A stretch of DNA of 64,000 nucleotides from Schmidtea polychroa. Its lineage: Eukaryota. Positions 1 to 13,496 of this stretch are shown here, in pieces. The stretch is from the NCBI GenBank assembly GCA_044892525.1, contig CM097886.1, positions 103,416,001 through 103,480,000 of the forward strand, given 5' to 3'. The number at the start of each line of letters is the position of its first letter. The first letter of the stretch is position 1. The position numbers and the translations under genes are program-made. The notes beneath the pieces were generated by a model. It worked only from the letters and a program-made list of their open reading frames with translations. It searched no databases and was not told the DNA's origin.

Positions 1-2
1 AT

Positions 3-1236
3 AAAGCTGTTCTTAGACCAGGAAGATTTGATCTCAAAATTTCGGTTTACCCTCCAGATTATCTTGGGAGAATATCTATTTTCAATTTTTATTTATCAAA
101 AGTAAAATCAGATGACTCTATTGATGTTGACACATTAGCAAAATCCACTATCGGTCAAACTGGAGCAGATATAAAAAATTTAGTTAATCAGGCTGCCATT
201 ATTTGCGCTCTTCAAGATCAACCAGCTGTGGGAATGAATCACTTATTGGAGGCAGAATCGAAAATTCAATTGGGAGCCGTTAGAAATCGTTCCCAGCTAG
301 AATCTGATAACCGCAATACGGCATATCATGAAGCCGGTCATTCCATTGTCAGCTATTTTAGTTTAAATAATTCACACAAAATAAAACAGGTGAGACAATT
401 TTCACTTTAATATCTTATGAAAACTTTTTCCATGAGTTTTAAAACGTTTACCATTCAAAAATACGCTTAATAAAATTATGTCAAATTATATTTATCCACT
501 ACTTCTCATTAAAAAATCCTTGGTTATCTAATGCAGTCAATTATTAAACTTTTAAAAATTATTTTAAAAAAATTTTAAATAATCAATTATATTTAAAATT
601 GTTTTTAAAAAGAATGATTATTAAAAAATTTATTTATAATTTAAAATTTATATATTTTATAATTTGTTTATATATTATCAATATTCGCGGACAACGCTGA
701 TCTAATGTACATAGTCATTTTATGTAATCACCTCTATTTATTTAGATAGTATTTTGTTTTTAATAGATCGTTAGTATTTTATTAAATAAACCATTATAAA
801 ATTATATTTTGGATAGTTTAATTTTATTTTTACAATGCACTTCTACATTTTTTTCTATATGATTCATATTTTTGTTTATTAAATTTAATATGGATTTATA
901 ACACTAAAACCTCAATTTGCGTCGTTTTCGAAGTTGCGTTGATTTTGAAATTTTGTTATTTCAGAGTTGCGTCGTTAAAATTTCGATTTGCGTTGCTTAA
1001 ATTTCATATTTTTATATTTTGATTATTTAATGGATTTTTATGTTATTTTATCTCTTATTCAATGAATTTATGTTTTATATTTTCGCCATTCGTACATCTT
1101 TTTCACTATATATTTCGATAGCATCACTATCATCATCAGGTTAATCTATTAATCTATAAATAATCAATTATTAAACTTTTAAAAATTATTTTAAAAATAA
1201 TTTTAAAAATGATTATTAAAAATTTTTATTTATAAT

Positions 1237-1331
<95 letters not shown>

Positions 1332-3697
1332 TGCTCGAAGTGAGGCGGGATAGCCGGGATATTATCCCGGCATTGATTATGTAGGCGGAATTGCATCCCG
1401 GCACTTCATTTCATATAATCTATAGGTTTATCCCGGTACTTATTTCATTTTATAGGCACACAAATACTGCAATTAAGGTCACACATAGTACATCCATATA
1501 TGTATGTATATATATATTCTTTATTCTCTATTCTATATTCAATTTGTTGGACACCCCCCCAAAGTTTTCTGCATAAAAGCCTGGAATCCTGGGTGCCACA
1601 GCATGCCTATCCCGGCACATATNNNNNNNNNNNNNNNNNNNNNNNNNNNNNNNNNNNNNNNNNNNNNNNNNNNNNNNNNNNNNNNNNNNNNNNNNNNNNN
1701 NNNNNNNNNNNNNNNNNNNNNNNNNNNNNNNNNNNNNNNNNNNNNNNNNNNGATGATAGTGATGCTATCGAAATATATAGTGAAAAAGATGTACGAATGG
1801 CGATTTTTATTAATAATTTTAATGAATTTATGTATTATATTTAATGTTGGTTTATGTATTACATGTATACATAACGATTGAAATAAAAATAGTTTTTAAT
1901 CCAAGGGATATTTTGTTTTAGTACTTATTAATAAAATGCATTTTTATATCAAAAAAATTAATTTCGATTTGCGTCGTCTTTCTTGGTGCCCAATTAACGG
2001 CACAAATCGAGGTTTTGTTGTACTTCATTTTAATTATTCATCAATTACATTTTTAAATAAAATTTAGATCATTTTTATAGAAGTCCGGTTATACTGATGA
2101 TTTATATTACTTACTGACATTTTAGTTTAAAAATTGATCCATTAAATAGCAGTCTTGTACAGTGTTAACTTGTTCAAATAATAATTCTAAATTCCTTGAA
2201 TTTATAGTTTGTTTTTTGATTTTCAATTAATTGTCACAATTTACTGAGGTGTATTTGGGTGTATTTGGCCGATTCTAGTTTATAGGATGCACATGTAACC
2301 AGCTTTTTGATGGACTCAATATGATCTTGCTCATCACTTTTCAACTATTTAATCTGAAAATGTTGCATTTACAACGTATTTACAAGGAGAATAATCATGA
2401 TGCAATGCCTAACCTTACAATATATGGTTATTAGCTTTCCCCTTTTTCAGTACAATTCTTAAAAATAAACCCTTGGTAATTTTTTTCAGTGACTTTGGAA
2501 TGCTTTTATAAAGACTCAAACAAAAAAGGTTGACAGTTTGGTTTGCTCATTTTTATATAATTTAAATGCGTGCAAAACATAAATCTAAAATTTTATTATT
2601 AAATTTATTTTCAAAAAGTTTTTTGAAAAGCACATAAATCAATAAATTATGATTTAACACAAATTTTTGGTATAGTTTTATTAAGTGATTTTAGATTTTG
2701 TTGATCAATACTTTTATATAAAAGAAATTGAAAAAGAAATTTTAAAATCAGACATACCTATTTCATCTTACAGCCCTTATTGTGCTCACCAATATGGGTC
2801 AAAGCCTTCGGTTTACAATGTTCTCGAGCTCGGATACAGAGATGACGGGAAGTCTCTCCAATATATATGGCATTACACCCATTACATGTAAACTGTTAAA
2901 CGAGATCGGAACACAATTCAACCGGAGTTTTTGACTTATTAACAAACATATTGCGTACTTTCCATGAAGTTGACACTATCCTATAGTTTAAATTCCCTAA
3001 CTGCTTTCTTATCTTCACTTTATAATCCTTGTCATAAGTTCGAAATTTATCGATATAATTGTTTTTGATAGGTGACTATTTTACCAAGAGGATATTCTGG
3101 TGGCCATAATAGTTTCGTTCCGAAGGATGAATCGCACAATTTGTCAAAAAATCAAATTTTAGCACGACTTGATTCTATGATGGGTGGAAGGGCTGCTGAA
3201 GAATTGCTAAATGGAACTAGTAATATTACAACAGGAGTTGCAGATGATATGAAAGTAAAAAGGAGTTAAACTTTGGAAATTAATTTATTATTTCAAAATT
3301 TAAGCAAGCAACCGATTTAGCAAGAGCTTTAGTGAAATCTTTCTCGATGTCAGATATTGGTTTGCAAGTAGTAGGCAGCAATAAATGCGAATGTGGAGGC
3401 CAAGCAGTGTCACCAAAATTATCGGACGCGATTGATGTGGAAGTCACTAAAATTTTAAATGAGTCCTACGCTAGAGCAAAAGCGATAATTCTTGAACACG
3501 AAAAAGAGTGGCGCATGTTAGCCAATAGTTTATTGAAATATGAAACATTAAATGGTGAAGATGTTGAGTTGATAATAAAGGGTAAAAAGCCAAAAGTCGC
3601 GAAGGCTTTTGAAGATGTTAATGAACTTAGCAAAAAGCCAATTGCAGAATCAAATCAATTTTTCGGACTTTTTTCCGGAAAAAATGCTAAAAAATAA
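3..3697 (+). CDS. YME1L1: Mitochondrial i-AAA / FtsH-family ATP-dependent zinc metalloprotease (YME1L-like), 5'-partial; exons <3..389, 3072..3254, 3305..3697
   Basis: Manual translation gives KAVLRPGRFD (AAA second region of homology), GQTGADIKNLVNQAA and the HEAGH zinc motif, then across GT-AG introns VTILPRG...GGRAAEEL...ITTGVADDMK|QATDLARALV...YETLNGEDV. Introns are 390-3071 and 3255-3304. The YME1L versus other FtsH paralogue assignment is by resemblance only. Confidence 0.88.
1243..1328. repeat. (TA)n microsatellite
   Basis: Uninterrupted TA run. Confidence 0.97.
1329..1622 (+). mobile_element. Probable end of a non-autonomous hAT-like DNA transposon
   Basis: Starts CAGTGCTCGAAGTG directly after the TA tract. 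GC-richer than the flanks, with repeated ATCCCGG/CCGGGAT subterminal motifs. The other end is masked or not visible. Confidence 0.35.
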
Positions 3698-4599
3698 TAT
3701 TTGGAAATTTATTTGACTTCATTGTTGTAATTCTCTATAAAATAATAGTTCCATTTATAAATATTATGACTTTGGTTTTACTATTAATGTAAAATTACAA
3801 ACTTCAGACTTGGAAATTTTTACAAAATGGATTTATTAATTTATTAATTTAAAACATCGACTTTAAAACAGATTGCTATAAAATCGAACTGATTGTTAAG
3901 TAATCAATAATTAAGGTAATATTTCCTAAATCCATCTAGCACCAACACTAAAAAATTATCAATTGCTTAGTACAATTTTAAAAGAAATAATTGATTAAAT
4001 ATTAATTAGTGGGGAAATTAAGCAATTTCGTTAAGTCCTTTAATAATGTTAATAAAAATTAATTTATTAACTTTTTAAACTAATATATAAAAATCACTTA
4101 TTTATAGAAAGTTTAACGTAAAAACCTTATTGAATTTGTTGAATATTCATCTGTAGAGACATACAATTTATTTGAACAAAGAATTTATTGCAATTAACAT
4201 TGTTGAAGATCTTGAACATCATCAGAGATATAATTGTGAATAAGATGAAGGTTTCCTGTATTTCTGACATATTTGATCTATTGATTTTGGAGGGAAAGTG
4301 CCAACAATAATACTGATAACAATGATGATACCCCTAAATGACTAATTACGAGACAGCCACAACTATCTCACCATCATATTTTTACATCTTCTAATAATTA
4401 ATAATACATTTATCGCAACCAATTATGGCTATTGACAACCACACATTTCCAATTGCTGTCCAGGGCAGTCAAACCCCGACAATTGGGAATGTGTTTGTTG
4501 TTATTTATAATAATGAGTCATGTTAATAAATGTTTTATTTATTTATTTACTCATTTATTTACTTATTTATTCCATTTATTCATTTGGGTTAGGGAATTG

Positions 4600-5290
4600 T
4601 TTATATCGATTATTAAGAATAATTTAAAAATTTGTGCTGTTATTGATGAAGCTTCCACCATTTCCAGTAAATCAACGCTTTTAGTTTTCATCAAAATAGA
4701 ATCTTCTGAAATATCCCCAATAATTTTCGTAGATATTGTGGAGCTTGACGCACAAGATGCGAATACTATTTTTCAAAGTTTGTTGGGTGTATTGCTTGCT
4801 GTTGGATATGATACAAATTATTTAAAACTGAATTTAATAGGATTCTGTTCTGACGGTGCTAGCGTAATGCTCGGTTGTAAATCTGGAGTCAGCGTACGAA
4901 TAAAATATATGTTTCCAATCAATTTTTCTCAATCACCGTCTACAACTTGTTTTAGGTGATTCCATAAACGATATCAAACAGGTTAATCATTTTAAAGTTT
5001 TCATAGACAAAATATATTGTATTTTTCATCAATCTAATAAAAACCAAAAAGAACTGAGTAATATTTCCCAGGAGCTTAGTTTTGATATAATTAAGGTTGG
5101 AAGAGTGTTAGGACCAAGATGGGATCTGCTCTTGCTGTATGGCGGAGCTACCCTGCTTTGTATACGTTGTTCTCTTCTAACCAAAAAATGTCTGGAATGG
5201 CAAAACGACTACAAAACAAATGTTTTCTAGTAGATTTAGCTCTAATGATTGACATCCTACAGGAGTGCGCTCATTATTCGTTTCATTATT
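4600..5290 (+). pseudogene. Degenerate hAT-family transposase (ZNF862/KIAA1586-like) fragment
   Basis: ICAVIDEASTIS...[24 protein letters not shown] carries the DEAS and SDGASVM-G motifs of this hAT lineage. It continues through frameshifts ([25 protein letters not shown]; [10 protein letters not shown]). Confidence 0.75.
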
Positions 5291-7112
5291 CGTCTCATTA
5301 TTCGTGATCCGCCCCGGAAAATATTGATTTTTAATTTTTTGATTTGTTTAATTATTATTTTGTACTTAAAATTTTTATTTTGAATTTGGTGTTTTTATTG
5401 ATTTTCACCTCATTTTTGTACCTCTCTTGTAACCCCAACACACTAAAACTTACAGTGACGAAGCCCCCATCTGCGTGATTGAAGATGCCGTATACCCACC
5501 AGCTGAGCACCCGAAGGCCTCTCAAGCCATGGTATACAGTATTTCAACTCCTTGGTCACTACTATTCCAAACACAGAAATTAAAAAGAGAAATAAACGAC
5601 AAAGAGCACAATTAAAAAGGAATATAACTAATACTAGATTGAATAAAAAAATTTATTGGCTAAAAACATTAGATAAAAATTACACATTAAAATAAAATTA
5701 ACAAATCCAATTCAAGCGTACCTCGATGGCATAAAATCGAAAACTTAGGGCAGCAAAAATCTTGTGTTAACGTTAAATTTCAAAACCAAGTGTAATTTCA
5801 AATTGAAAAAATAGTTAGTTAACTGAATTTTCAATCAGTATTTATATTGATCTCAATGGTGCATTCATGCAATCTCTTCCACTAGATCCAATCAGAATGC
5901 AGTAAAACTTGATTTACTTTTGCATGCATGCATGAGTGTGTGTAATTATTTATTTTTAATTTAATTGATTTAATTTTTATTAATTTCAACAATTTAATTT
6001 TGTACATTTTTATAATTTAAATAATTTTAGCTAATTTTATTTTAATTTTCCTTAATTTTAACATTTGATTCTATAAACTTTATAATTCATATAATGTTAA
6101 CTAATTTTATTTTAATTTTTATTATTTTTTAACGATTTAATAAATGTTATAATTTACATAATTTCAACTAATTTTATCTTAATTTTTATTATCTTATCAA
6201 TTCAACTGGAAATTCTTTAGTTTCAATTTTTAAATGTATTTATATCTTTATTTTGTTTCCTTTAATTTTTAAATAAATTATTCTGTTCCTTTCTTAAAGT
6301 ATGCACTCATTGTCATAGCTCATTCGTATGTAAATGCGAGCCATAACATCCCTATTTAATTTGATTATGGTCCTTTGTATGTAAATATGACCAATAATCC
6401 TTCTTAAAATTTCTTTTCTTATTATTAGCTAATTTATTATCAATTATTTTATTTAGTAGTTGGCAGGTTTTTTGAATGCGATATTTCTCTTAACTGTGTT
6501 GGTGATTGCAACTTCTTGCGTTTCTTGATTCTATGATACATGTTTTAATGTGTTATGTACTTTATTTTGTATTATTTGACATATAACCATAGATTTTAAT
6601 TCAACTTAGTGCGGTTTTTATATTATATATTTCCGATCCATTAAAACAAACTCCCAACTTTCGGTTCTAGCCCAACGGGATGATTAATAACAAAAATTTT
6701 TAATAAAGGCCTCGTGCAATTTCATAAAGCTCACAACTAGGTACAACCTGAAGAATCCAAATCATTTGGAGTTTTCATGCCAAAGACAGATATATCAATA
6801 ATAATAGAACAACCTAGAACAATAACACTATCAAATATATCATAAAACATCCCATTACAACTTATTTATACTTCAGTTAAAGTTAAATATTGCATAAATT
6901 AGCAAATTTATTTTTTAGTAGACTCTACGTACAACTTAATGTTTTAAATTACACAATTCAATGAACATAAAGCATTACTACAGTAATTTGAAAAAATTTA
7001 AGAAAATAGCTTTTACAATTTCTGTATTTCATAATGAAAATTCATTTTAATAAATTATAATTTTAATTCCTTAAAATCAATCAACTATCAAATATCATTA
7101 TATTTGTTTAAC

Positions 7113-8093
7113 ATGGCTCCTACGTTAGGTTACTGGAAGATTCGAGGAGTATGTTTTCAACACCATTATGCATTATACTAATAATTAAAAATCATAGCTA
7201 GCTCAATCTATTAGACTTTTACTAGAATATACTGGAGAAGAATACCAAGAAAAGTTTTACGAATTGGGGAATGGTTAGATTATTTAACGGTAATGTTATT
7301 AAAAATAACATTATGCCTGTCGTCTAGCACCCGATTTTAATAGAGATGAATGGTTAAATGAAAAATTTAGCTTAGGATTAAGCTTTCCAAATGTTAGTTT
7401 TCAATTTTCATTAGTATGTAATTTATAAATTTTAGCTACCATATTTAATTGAAGGAGATTTTAAATTAACTCAATCTTCTGCTATTTTGCGTTATATAGC
7501 AGAAAAACATGACATGGGTAATATATTTAACAAATTTTATTTAAATTTCATTTATTCAATAGTTGGATCTTCCGTTGAAGAAAGAGCTGTTGTGAATATG
7601 GTTGCTGATGAAGTCCAAGATCTTCGAATGAGTTTTGGAAGATTATGTTATAGCCCGGATTTTGTAAATATTTCATTCAATTAAATTAATTAATTCAATT
7701 CTCAGGTTAAAATAAAAGATGATTATTTATCGCAATTACCAAGTCGTTTAAAATTATTTTCTGACTTCTTAGGAAGTAAACAATGGCTGATTGGTGAAAA
7801 GGTACGAAATATTTTTGATTTACATTTAATCTTATTATGGCATAGTTAACTTATTCTGACTTTAATTTCTATGATATACTGGACAGCTTAAAAATATTTT
7901 CACCGAATTGTTTGGATGAATTTGAAAATATCAAAACATATATAATTAAATTTGAGGTAATTATAATGAATAATAGATATTAAATTTATTATTCCAGAAA
8001 TTGGATCCGATTGCGAAGTATTTGAAGTCTAATAGATACATCCACAAACCATTGAATAACAAAGTCGCACAATTTGGTGGTGATACCGATTAA
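7113..8093 (+). CDS. GSTM: Glutathione S-transferase, mu class, 220 aa; exons 7113-7148, 7198-7273, 7328-7392, 7436-7517, 7563-7663, 7706-7801, 7846-7956, 7998-8093
   Basis: Spliced translation: MAPTLGYWKIRG|LAQSIRLLLEYTGEEY...|PDFNRDEWLNEKFSLGLSFPN|LPYLIEGDFKLTQSSAILRYIAEKH... All 7 introns are GT-AG (41-54 nt) and the frame is continuous to TAA at 8091-8093. Confidence 0.95.
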
Positions 8094-8774
8094 ATATTAT
8101 TGGTAAAATGTGAATCAAACTTGCCTAGGATTTTTGTTGTGTTTAGTTTATGTTTGTTAACACATTAAAGACCGAATTTTTCTCTTTTAACTTGCCATAA
8201 TGGCCGTATATCTTTTTGCTCTTAACTACATCCCGATTAAATTGCGCCCGAAAATATGTCTGTTACTGGTAAATTTTAATGTTTAAAGGTGTTGTATAAA
8301 AATCTATAAAATTGGGCATATTTTTTGCAACATTAATTATTTTCTATAACATTTAAAATATGCACTAGGGAATAGCCGAATTTGTTTTTTATGTTGATTG
8401 CGAATTTCTAAATTTTGGTGTTTCAGATTCCATATGCGGTCCGAATCGTTGGTAATCAAGACAACTTCATATGATTTTAATTTTTTGAAAATCACTTTCG
8501 GATTTATTTTCGAGGTTGAATTCTAACACAGATAGACAATTCGGAAACTGTTTACGTTGTTCTTTTCTAGATATCCCTCCTTTTTCCACTGTTCGCTTGA
8601 CTGATCATCTATAATATTAGGATTATCATCCGTTAACACATTAACATCGGTTTGTAAAATACTAACTCCATAAATTTTTGTTTAGGAAATTATGTACTCA
8701 AAGATTATATTTGTTTGTTATTTATACAAATTTCAATCTTTTAAAATTTCTAATTAAAACTTTTAGAATCTTTC

Positions 8775-9060
8775 AGCTTATCCCACTTAAGAAATTTTTT
8801 AAGATTTTCCACGTTTCTTTCGATCTTACCATTTTCGTTTCTTAAGATATATCGTCTGTCATGCACTTTCGATCACTTTATATGGACCTTCATATCTGTC
8901 CTGGCTTTTGTTGCGTGTTTCTAATTTTACAAACATTCTCCTACATTGAATCTTCTACTTGTTTATTCTTCTTGTTTTTCTTTTGTCCCGTACCATTTTC
9001 CCTGCTGCTGGGCTTTGGTCGGGTCTATAGACATTTTCAACTACTAGGGGATGATAGTCC
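8775..9060 (-). pseudogene. Ty3/Gypsy integrase C-terminal (GPY/F) remnant
   Basis: With stops and frameshifts, the minus strand reads RRFNVGE...KLETRNKSQDRYEGPYKVIE...HDRRYILRNENGKIERNVENLKNF. Confidence 0.65.
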
Positions 9061-9566
9061 TTAATACACAGTCAGCAGGTTACATTCCCGAGGGACCCTT
9101 AACCAAATGCCACACGATCACATTCCGAACATGACACTCATGATTCGCATCATGTTGGTGTTGTGCCATGTCGGCAAGCTACGATGAAGCAGGTGAGCCC
9201 CTGCCTTAGGACTACTCCTTCATCTCAACTCGACTTAACTAACTCTCGACTACCGTTAGAAGGACTTACGTCATTTTCCATCGTTCACGGTGTTGGCGCT
9301 ACTCACATCATTTCTATCATCAAATAACCACCGCCATTATACCGTTTCCGCTAAGACGGTTTCTGACAAACATGCAAGAACAAAAATTTTCGACATTCCA
9401 GACACACATCAACACTGCAGGTTTATCCTTAACATACATCTTCAAATCATTACCCTCACCATTTACCACTGAGTTTTATATTAATAGATCTCAACATCAA
9501 CCATAATCATTTAATTCGCCAATCAATAACAAGAAGTATATTTATATACTACAACAAAAGAAATAT

Positions 9567-10289
9567 TCACAGAGTTTTGGGTGATGTCCCTGAAAAGATC
9601 TCATGGAGATCAAAGAAATCTCGGGCATCTTCTTCCCAAGAAGTGCTCGTGGAAGGTATCACTCTGAATGCCGAGGGAGAGCGGGGTAATGTCTCCACCG
9701 GAAGTGCCGGGGTTTGTTGCCTGGCTGTGGCGATCAAGGTCGCTCCTCTCTCAGCTTGGAGAGCTCTCCGTCTCTTAGTTCGCTCGGCCCTAGAAGGTTG
9801 CCGGCGCTTAGTAGTTTTTGTCGCCTCCGGAAGAGTGACCGGGGTCGATATGTCCGATACCTTCGGTGCCGCTTGGCTAGTGCCCGTGAAAATGACGTCT
9901 GAAGAAGTTGCTGGCCGTGGGACACCCGAACTACTGACACTTGTTCGATTGGTCGACGTGGCTGAAGCCTTAAGTCGAAAATGATGAGGTGGGAACACAC
10001 TGTCTTCTTCTGCGAGGGTGATATTTACTATCTTTTTCGTGATCGACGCCTGCACATAGACTTTATGCAGCGCCTCTGATTGTTCTTTGATCAAGATTCG
10101 CAGAGCTCGACTCTCTTCTATCAACGCATCACGACATCTTTCGGCCCGGGAGAAATATGTTCCTTCTAAGTGATCTGATTTCTTTTTGAGGAGACCGTTC
10201 TGTGTCTGCAGCGTCTTTATGAGGTGATTCTTATCGGCACAAGAAAAACATGGGCGTAAGACAGTGGTGGTTGCTGGAGTCTTGGACAT
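9567..10289 (-). CDS. Orphan 240-aa ORF (CxxC, predicted coiled coil, S/T/P/R-rich C-terminus)
   Basis: Uninterrupted ATG-to-stop ORF in a GC-richer island. I recognise no family. Confidence 0.45.
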   Translation of the reverse strand: MSKTPATTTVLRPCFSCADKNHLIKTLQTQNGLLKKKSDHLEGTYFSRAERCRDALIEESRALRILIKEQSEALHKVYVQASITKKIVNITLAEEDSVFPPHHFRLKASATSTNRTSVSSSGVPRPATSSDVIFTGTSQAAPKVSDISTPVTLPEATKTTKRRQPSRAERTKRRRALQAERGATLIATARQQTPALPVETLPRSPSAFRVIPSTSTSWEEDARDFFDLHEIFSGTSPKTL

Positions 10290-11074
10290 TTCTAAATAAT
10301 CAAAAGAATTTTATTAGGATCAAGTCTTTCCTAATAATTCCATGACAAGCATCATCCCAATCAGATGTCGCAATCTCATTAAGAAAACAATAATAAAATA
10401 GACGAAAAACTCAAACAACTCCATGTACCACGTGTATGCTGGTAAACGTCGGAGCTTTAGCAAATTTAAAACGTATAATTTAAATTCATTCTTATTCGTT
10501 CGGATTCATTTCATGCACGCAAAAATTATTAAACTAATCGGTAACTTTGCTGATAGAGAATTAAACCAAAATTTGTATGGATGTCTATGGCATCCTTACG
10601 CGGGTTCCCGTTTACTACTGGGAGACAATTTATTCCAAAAACCAGAAAAATGTTCAATCAAAAATTTATTATCGAATTGTGTATAATCATTAATATATAA
10701 TAATTGACATCTGAGCCATTTAATCGACATTCGCGATTTTATCTTTATACTATTAGTTTTCGATAACGTTCTGCAATTATCGCAATAGACCCGTCGGATT
10801 CCCCATGTGATATTATGGTGTAGCTGTTTGTGTTTCGTGTGGAATTGTGTTTCAGTTCGAGTGTGATTAGACCGGCTGGTGAACCTTATCTCATTTTCTA
10901 GCTCTATTTGCTGATCATGTTAATACGACTGTTAAATTTTGGTAACCGGCTTTTATATATGCGCAACTTTGCGTGTGATTGTTATCAGATGTGAAAATTG
11001 GTGAGTGTGGATTCCCAACCGTATACGTTCGGGTGGTCAATTTTATCAAAAACATCAAGGTTTCTCATTCTCTC

Positions 11075-11213
11075 ATCCCTGATTCAAACGCCATCCCACA
11101 ATCAACTCTTATCTCCTTTGGATATCCAAATCTTTAAATCCATTTTTCTAAATTCGATTTCTTAATTGTTTCCTCGCCTTGTCTTGTTATAGTTGTCAGG
11201 ATTTGATACTTAC
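11075..11213 (-). pseudogene. Ty3/Gypsy integrase core remnant
   Basis: Minus strand reads SKYQILTTITRQGEETIKKSNLEKWI*RFGYPKEIRVDCGMAFES, which resembles the rve core around the second catalytic Asp. Confidence 0.6.
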
Positions 11214-11955
11214 TGTAGTGTATTGTCAAATTTTTAATTATTGTCACTTTTATTATAAAGTAGTTACGAATAAGTAAATCCCCCTCAATTTAGTTGTCGC
11301 GTTATTTATTCAAACTATATAGTTTAAATTCTCTATAATAAATAATCACAAATTGAAAAAATTAAGGCAATTACTAAAAAGCAAAATTTGATAAAGAAGC
11401 AAAATTGAATCAAAATCAAATTTACTAATAACCAAATTACCGACGTATTGATATTATTTTCAAGAATCTTCTAACTCTACCAACAACCTTATATTATATA
11501 TTTTCCCATCACCGGAACTTCATAAACTAAAGAAAAAGAAAATCTTCAACTATATTCAAAGAAATAAAGGTTTTATTGACATCAGAAATTCCCCAAACAG
11601 ATAAGTTACGAAATCCAATTTAGACACCTAAGGTGCGTTTAAAAGTTTTGTTGTTAGTAATAAGATTTTGTAAAAGTTTATTAAAATGTTTATTTTGATA
11701 ATTCTATATTCATTATACACAAACACCCCGGCTGTACCGCTACATTTTTAAAGGTAACTCTGCCGGGTACTAACAAATCTCTTAATACACAAACACGCTG
11801 ATAACAAAAATAGAAGTTTATTAACATAACTGTTATTATAACAATCAGACAAGTACCCTCGGACTACATCAACACTTACTATATACTTACTGTTATACCA
11901 AATATATACTTCTTACGTCCTTTTGTTTCTTGCATTTGTCCACATATATCCATGA

Positions 11956-12040
11956 AGTAGATAGTTATAGATCCATGTGCACTCCAGATCCAGATACCCC
12001 CTATTATTTTAAATTTTTTTTAAAAAGACCCCTACTTTCT
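11956..12040 (+). mobile_element. Possible left terminus of an older Maverick
   Basis: AGTAGATAG...ATACCCCCTA...TTTAAATTTTTTTT has the same order of motifs as the terminus at 30995 (AGTAGAGGG...ATACCCCCTA...TTTAAATTTTTTTT). Confidence 0.4.
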
Positions 12041-13443
12041 TTTAATTTTAAACTTGGTTTTAATTATCGATTACGTAATATTTTTAATTCTGTGGAAATC
12101 GTTGATGATGTAATAATTAAAATTTTTATTTTAATTATCAATTACATAATAATTTCAATTTGTTTAAATCATTGATTATGTAATAATTTAAAATTTGTTT
12201 TAATTACCAATTATCTAATAATTGCAATATTGTTTAAATAGTTGATAAGAGCTTTTTATGTCAAAATTGTGAAATTTCGTTTTTAGTACACCATTTTTGA
12301 ATTTACACATCTTTTTAAACAAATTGAGATATTTTCACTCAAACAATATATAGATAGAATTTTAATCTCTACAAAATGACATCATTATTTACTTCAAATT
12401 CACAATCATAACACCTTAAACAATGCCTTTTTTAGCCATCTTTTACATACACACGTATTTTCAACTTTAAAAAAATACAAATTATTCATCTAAACTTAAG
12501 AAAACTCATTATGATAGTAAAAAATTATATTAAAAGACATTAAAATCCCAGAGAAATTCGAGCACTATCTAATCTCCAAATCGGTGATATGATATCTTTC
12601 TCATCCATGATGATAAAATTTTATTTAATAAAAGATATCTCAAAAAACTTGTCTGTTCTTATTTTTGTTATTTAAACAAATTTCAGATTTTCTTAAAATA
12701 TTTCTTAGATAAATTTCTTCTTTTTAAAATATTTTTCAATAAAAATATTTTTAAAATTTTTACCAAATTTCTAATTAATCTTTAAGAATCTTTTAACTTC
12801 CTCATAGTCATCTTTCTACATGTCTTTAATTTAAAATATTATATTATGAGCATCCATAAAAACCTTCAAAATGACCCTTGTCTTACCCTTGGATTAGAAT
12901 AATACAACATTCGGATACCCAGCGTAAAACCCTTCGAAATAATAATAATAATCCCTGTGAGCGTTATAACCGTTCGAAAAACCTTTAAACTGAGTCCTCG
13001 TTAAATAAATATCCATCGCAAACTCATCATTAGAAAAAATAATATGACCTTGAAAATAATAATTTCTAAAATAATAGTACTTTTTAAATAAAATAAGAAC
13101 AAAATATCTTTTCCGANNNNNNNNNNNNNNNNNNNNNNNNNNNNNNNNNNNNNNNNNNNNNNNNNNNNNNNNNNNNNNNNNNNNNNNNNNNNNNNNNNNN
13201 NNNNNNNNNNNNNNNNNNNNNNNNNNNNNNNNNNNNNNNNNNNNNNNCTGTGTATCGACTAATTTTTTAGTCCGCAGAGGTGATTATGATTTTTCATACG
13301 CCATGTTTACAAGTTTACAGATTTTTTCTGTGACCAAGCTATTTTGCAAGCGATGTGATTTCCAGTGTACCGGGGAAAGTATGCAATAGAGTTGAATCAA
13401 CAATATTGTATACTTACCTGGCGCGAAGAGAAATCTTCGTGTC

Positions 13444-13496
13444 TCCCGCATAGTACTGATGAGAGCCAAAAGCTCGAAACTAGTCTACTATTGGGA
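13444..13496 (+). ncRNA. Type I hammerhead ribozyme with minimal palindromic helix III
   Basis: Stem I ATAGTA (13450-55)/TACTAT (13486-91), extended by TCCC/GGGA. Core CTGATGA 13456-62. Stem II GAGC-caaaa-GCTC. GAAA 13476-79. Helix III AC-TA-GT. Cleavage triplet GTC 13483-85. Confidence 0.85.

Larger units (their letters stand above)
900..2022. mobile_element. Possible MITE-like insertion in the YME1L intron (imperfect terminal inverted repeats)
   Basis: AAAACCTCAATTTGCGTCGTT near 906-926 is the reverse complement of AACGGCACAAATCGAGGTTTT near 1996-2016 (3 mismatches in 21). No clear TSD. Confidence 0.35.

Noticed and set aside
2685-2891. 68-aa intronic ORF as a nested gene
   Set aside because: It has a non-ATG start, no recognisable family and is short; probably TE debris.
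9577-10000. Overlapping ORFs 9577-9984, 9714-9902 and 9734-10000
   Set aside because: Shadows of the GC-rich 240-aa ORF; no motifs.
13410-13423. ATACTTACCTGGCG as a U1 snRNA gene
   Set aside because: The match to the U1 5' end stops after ~14 nt. There is no U1 stem-loop I or proper Sm site, and the bases are paired in a local hairpin. A chance match is likely, although a 5'-splice-site-binding role cannot be excluded.
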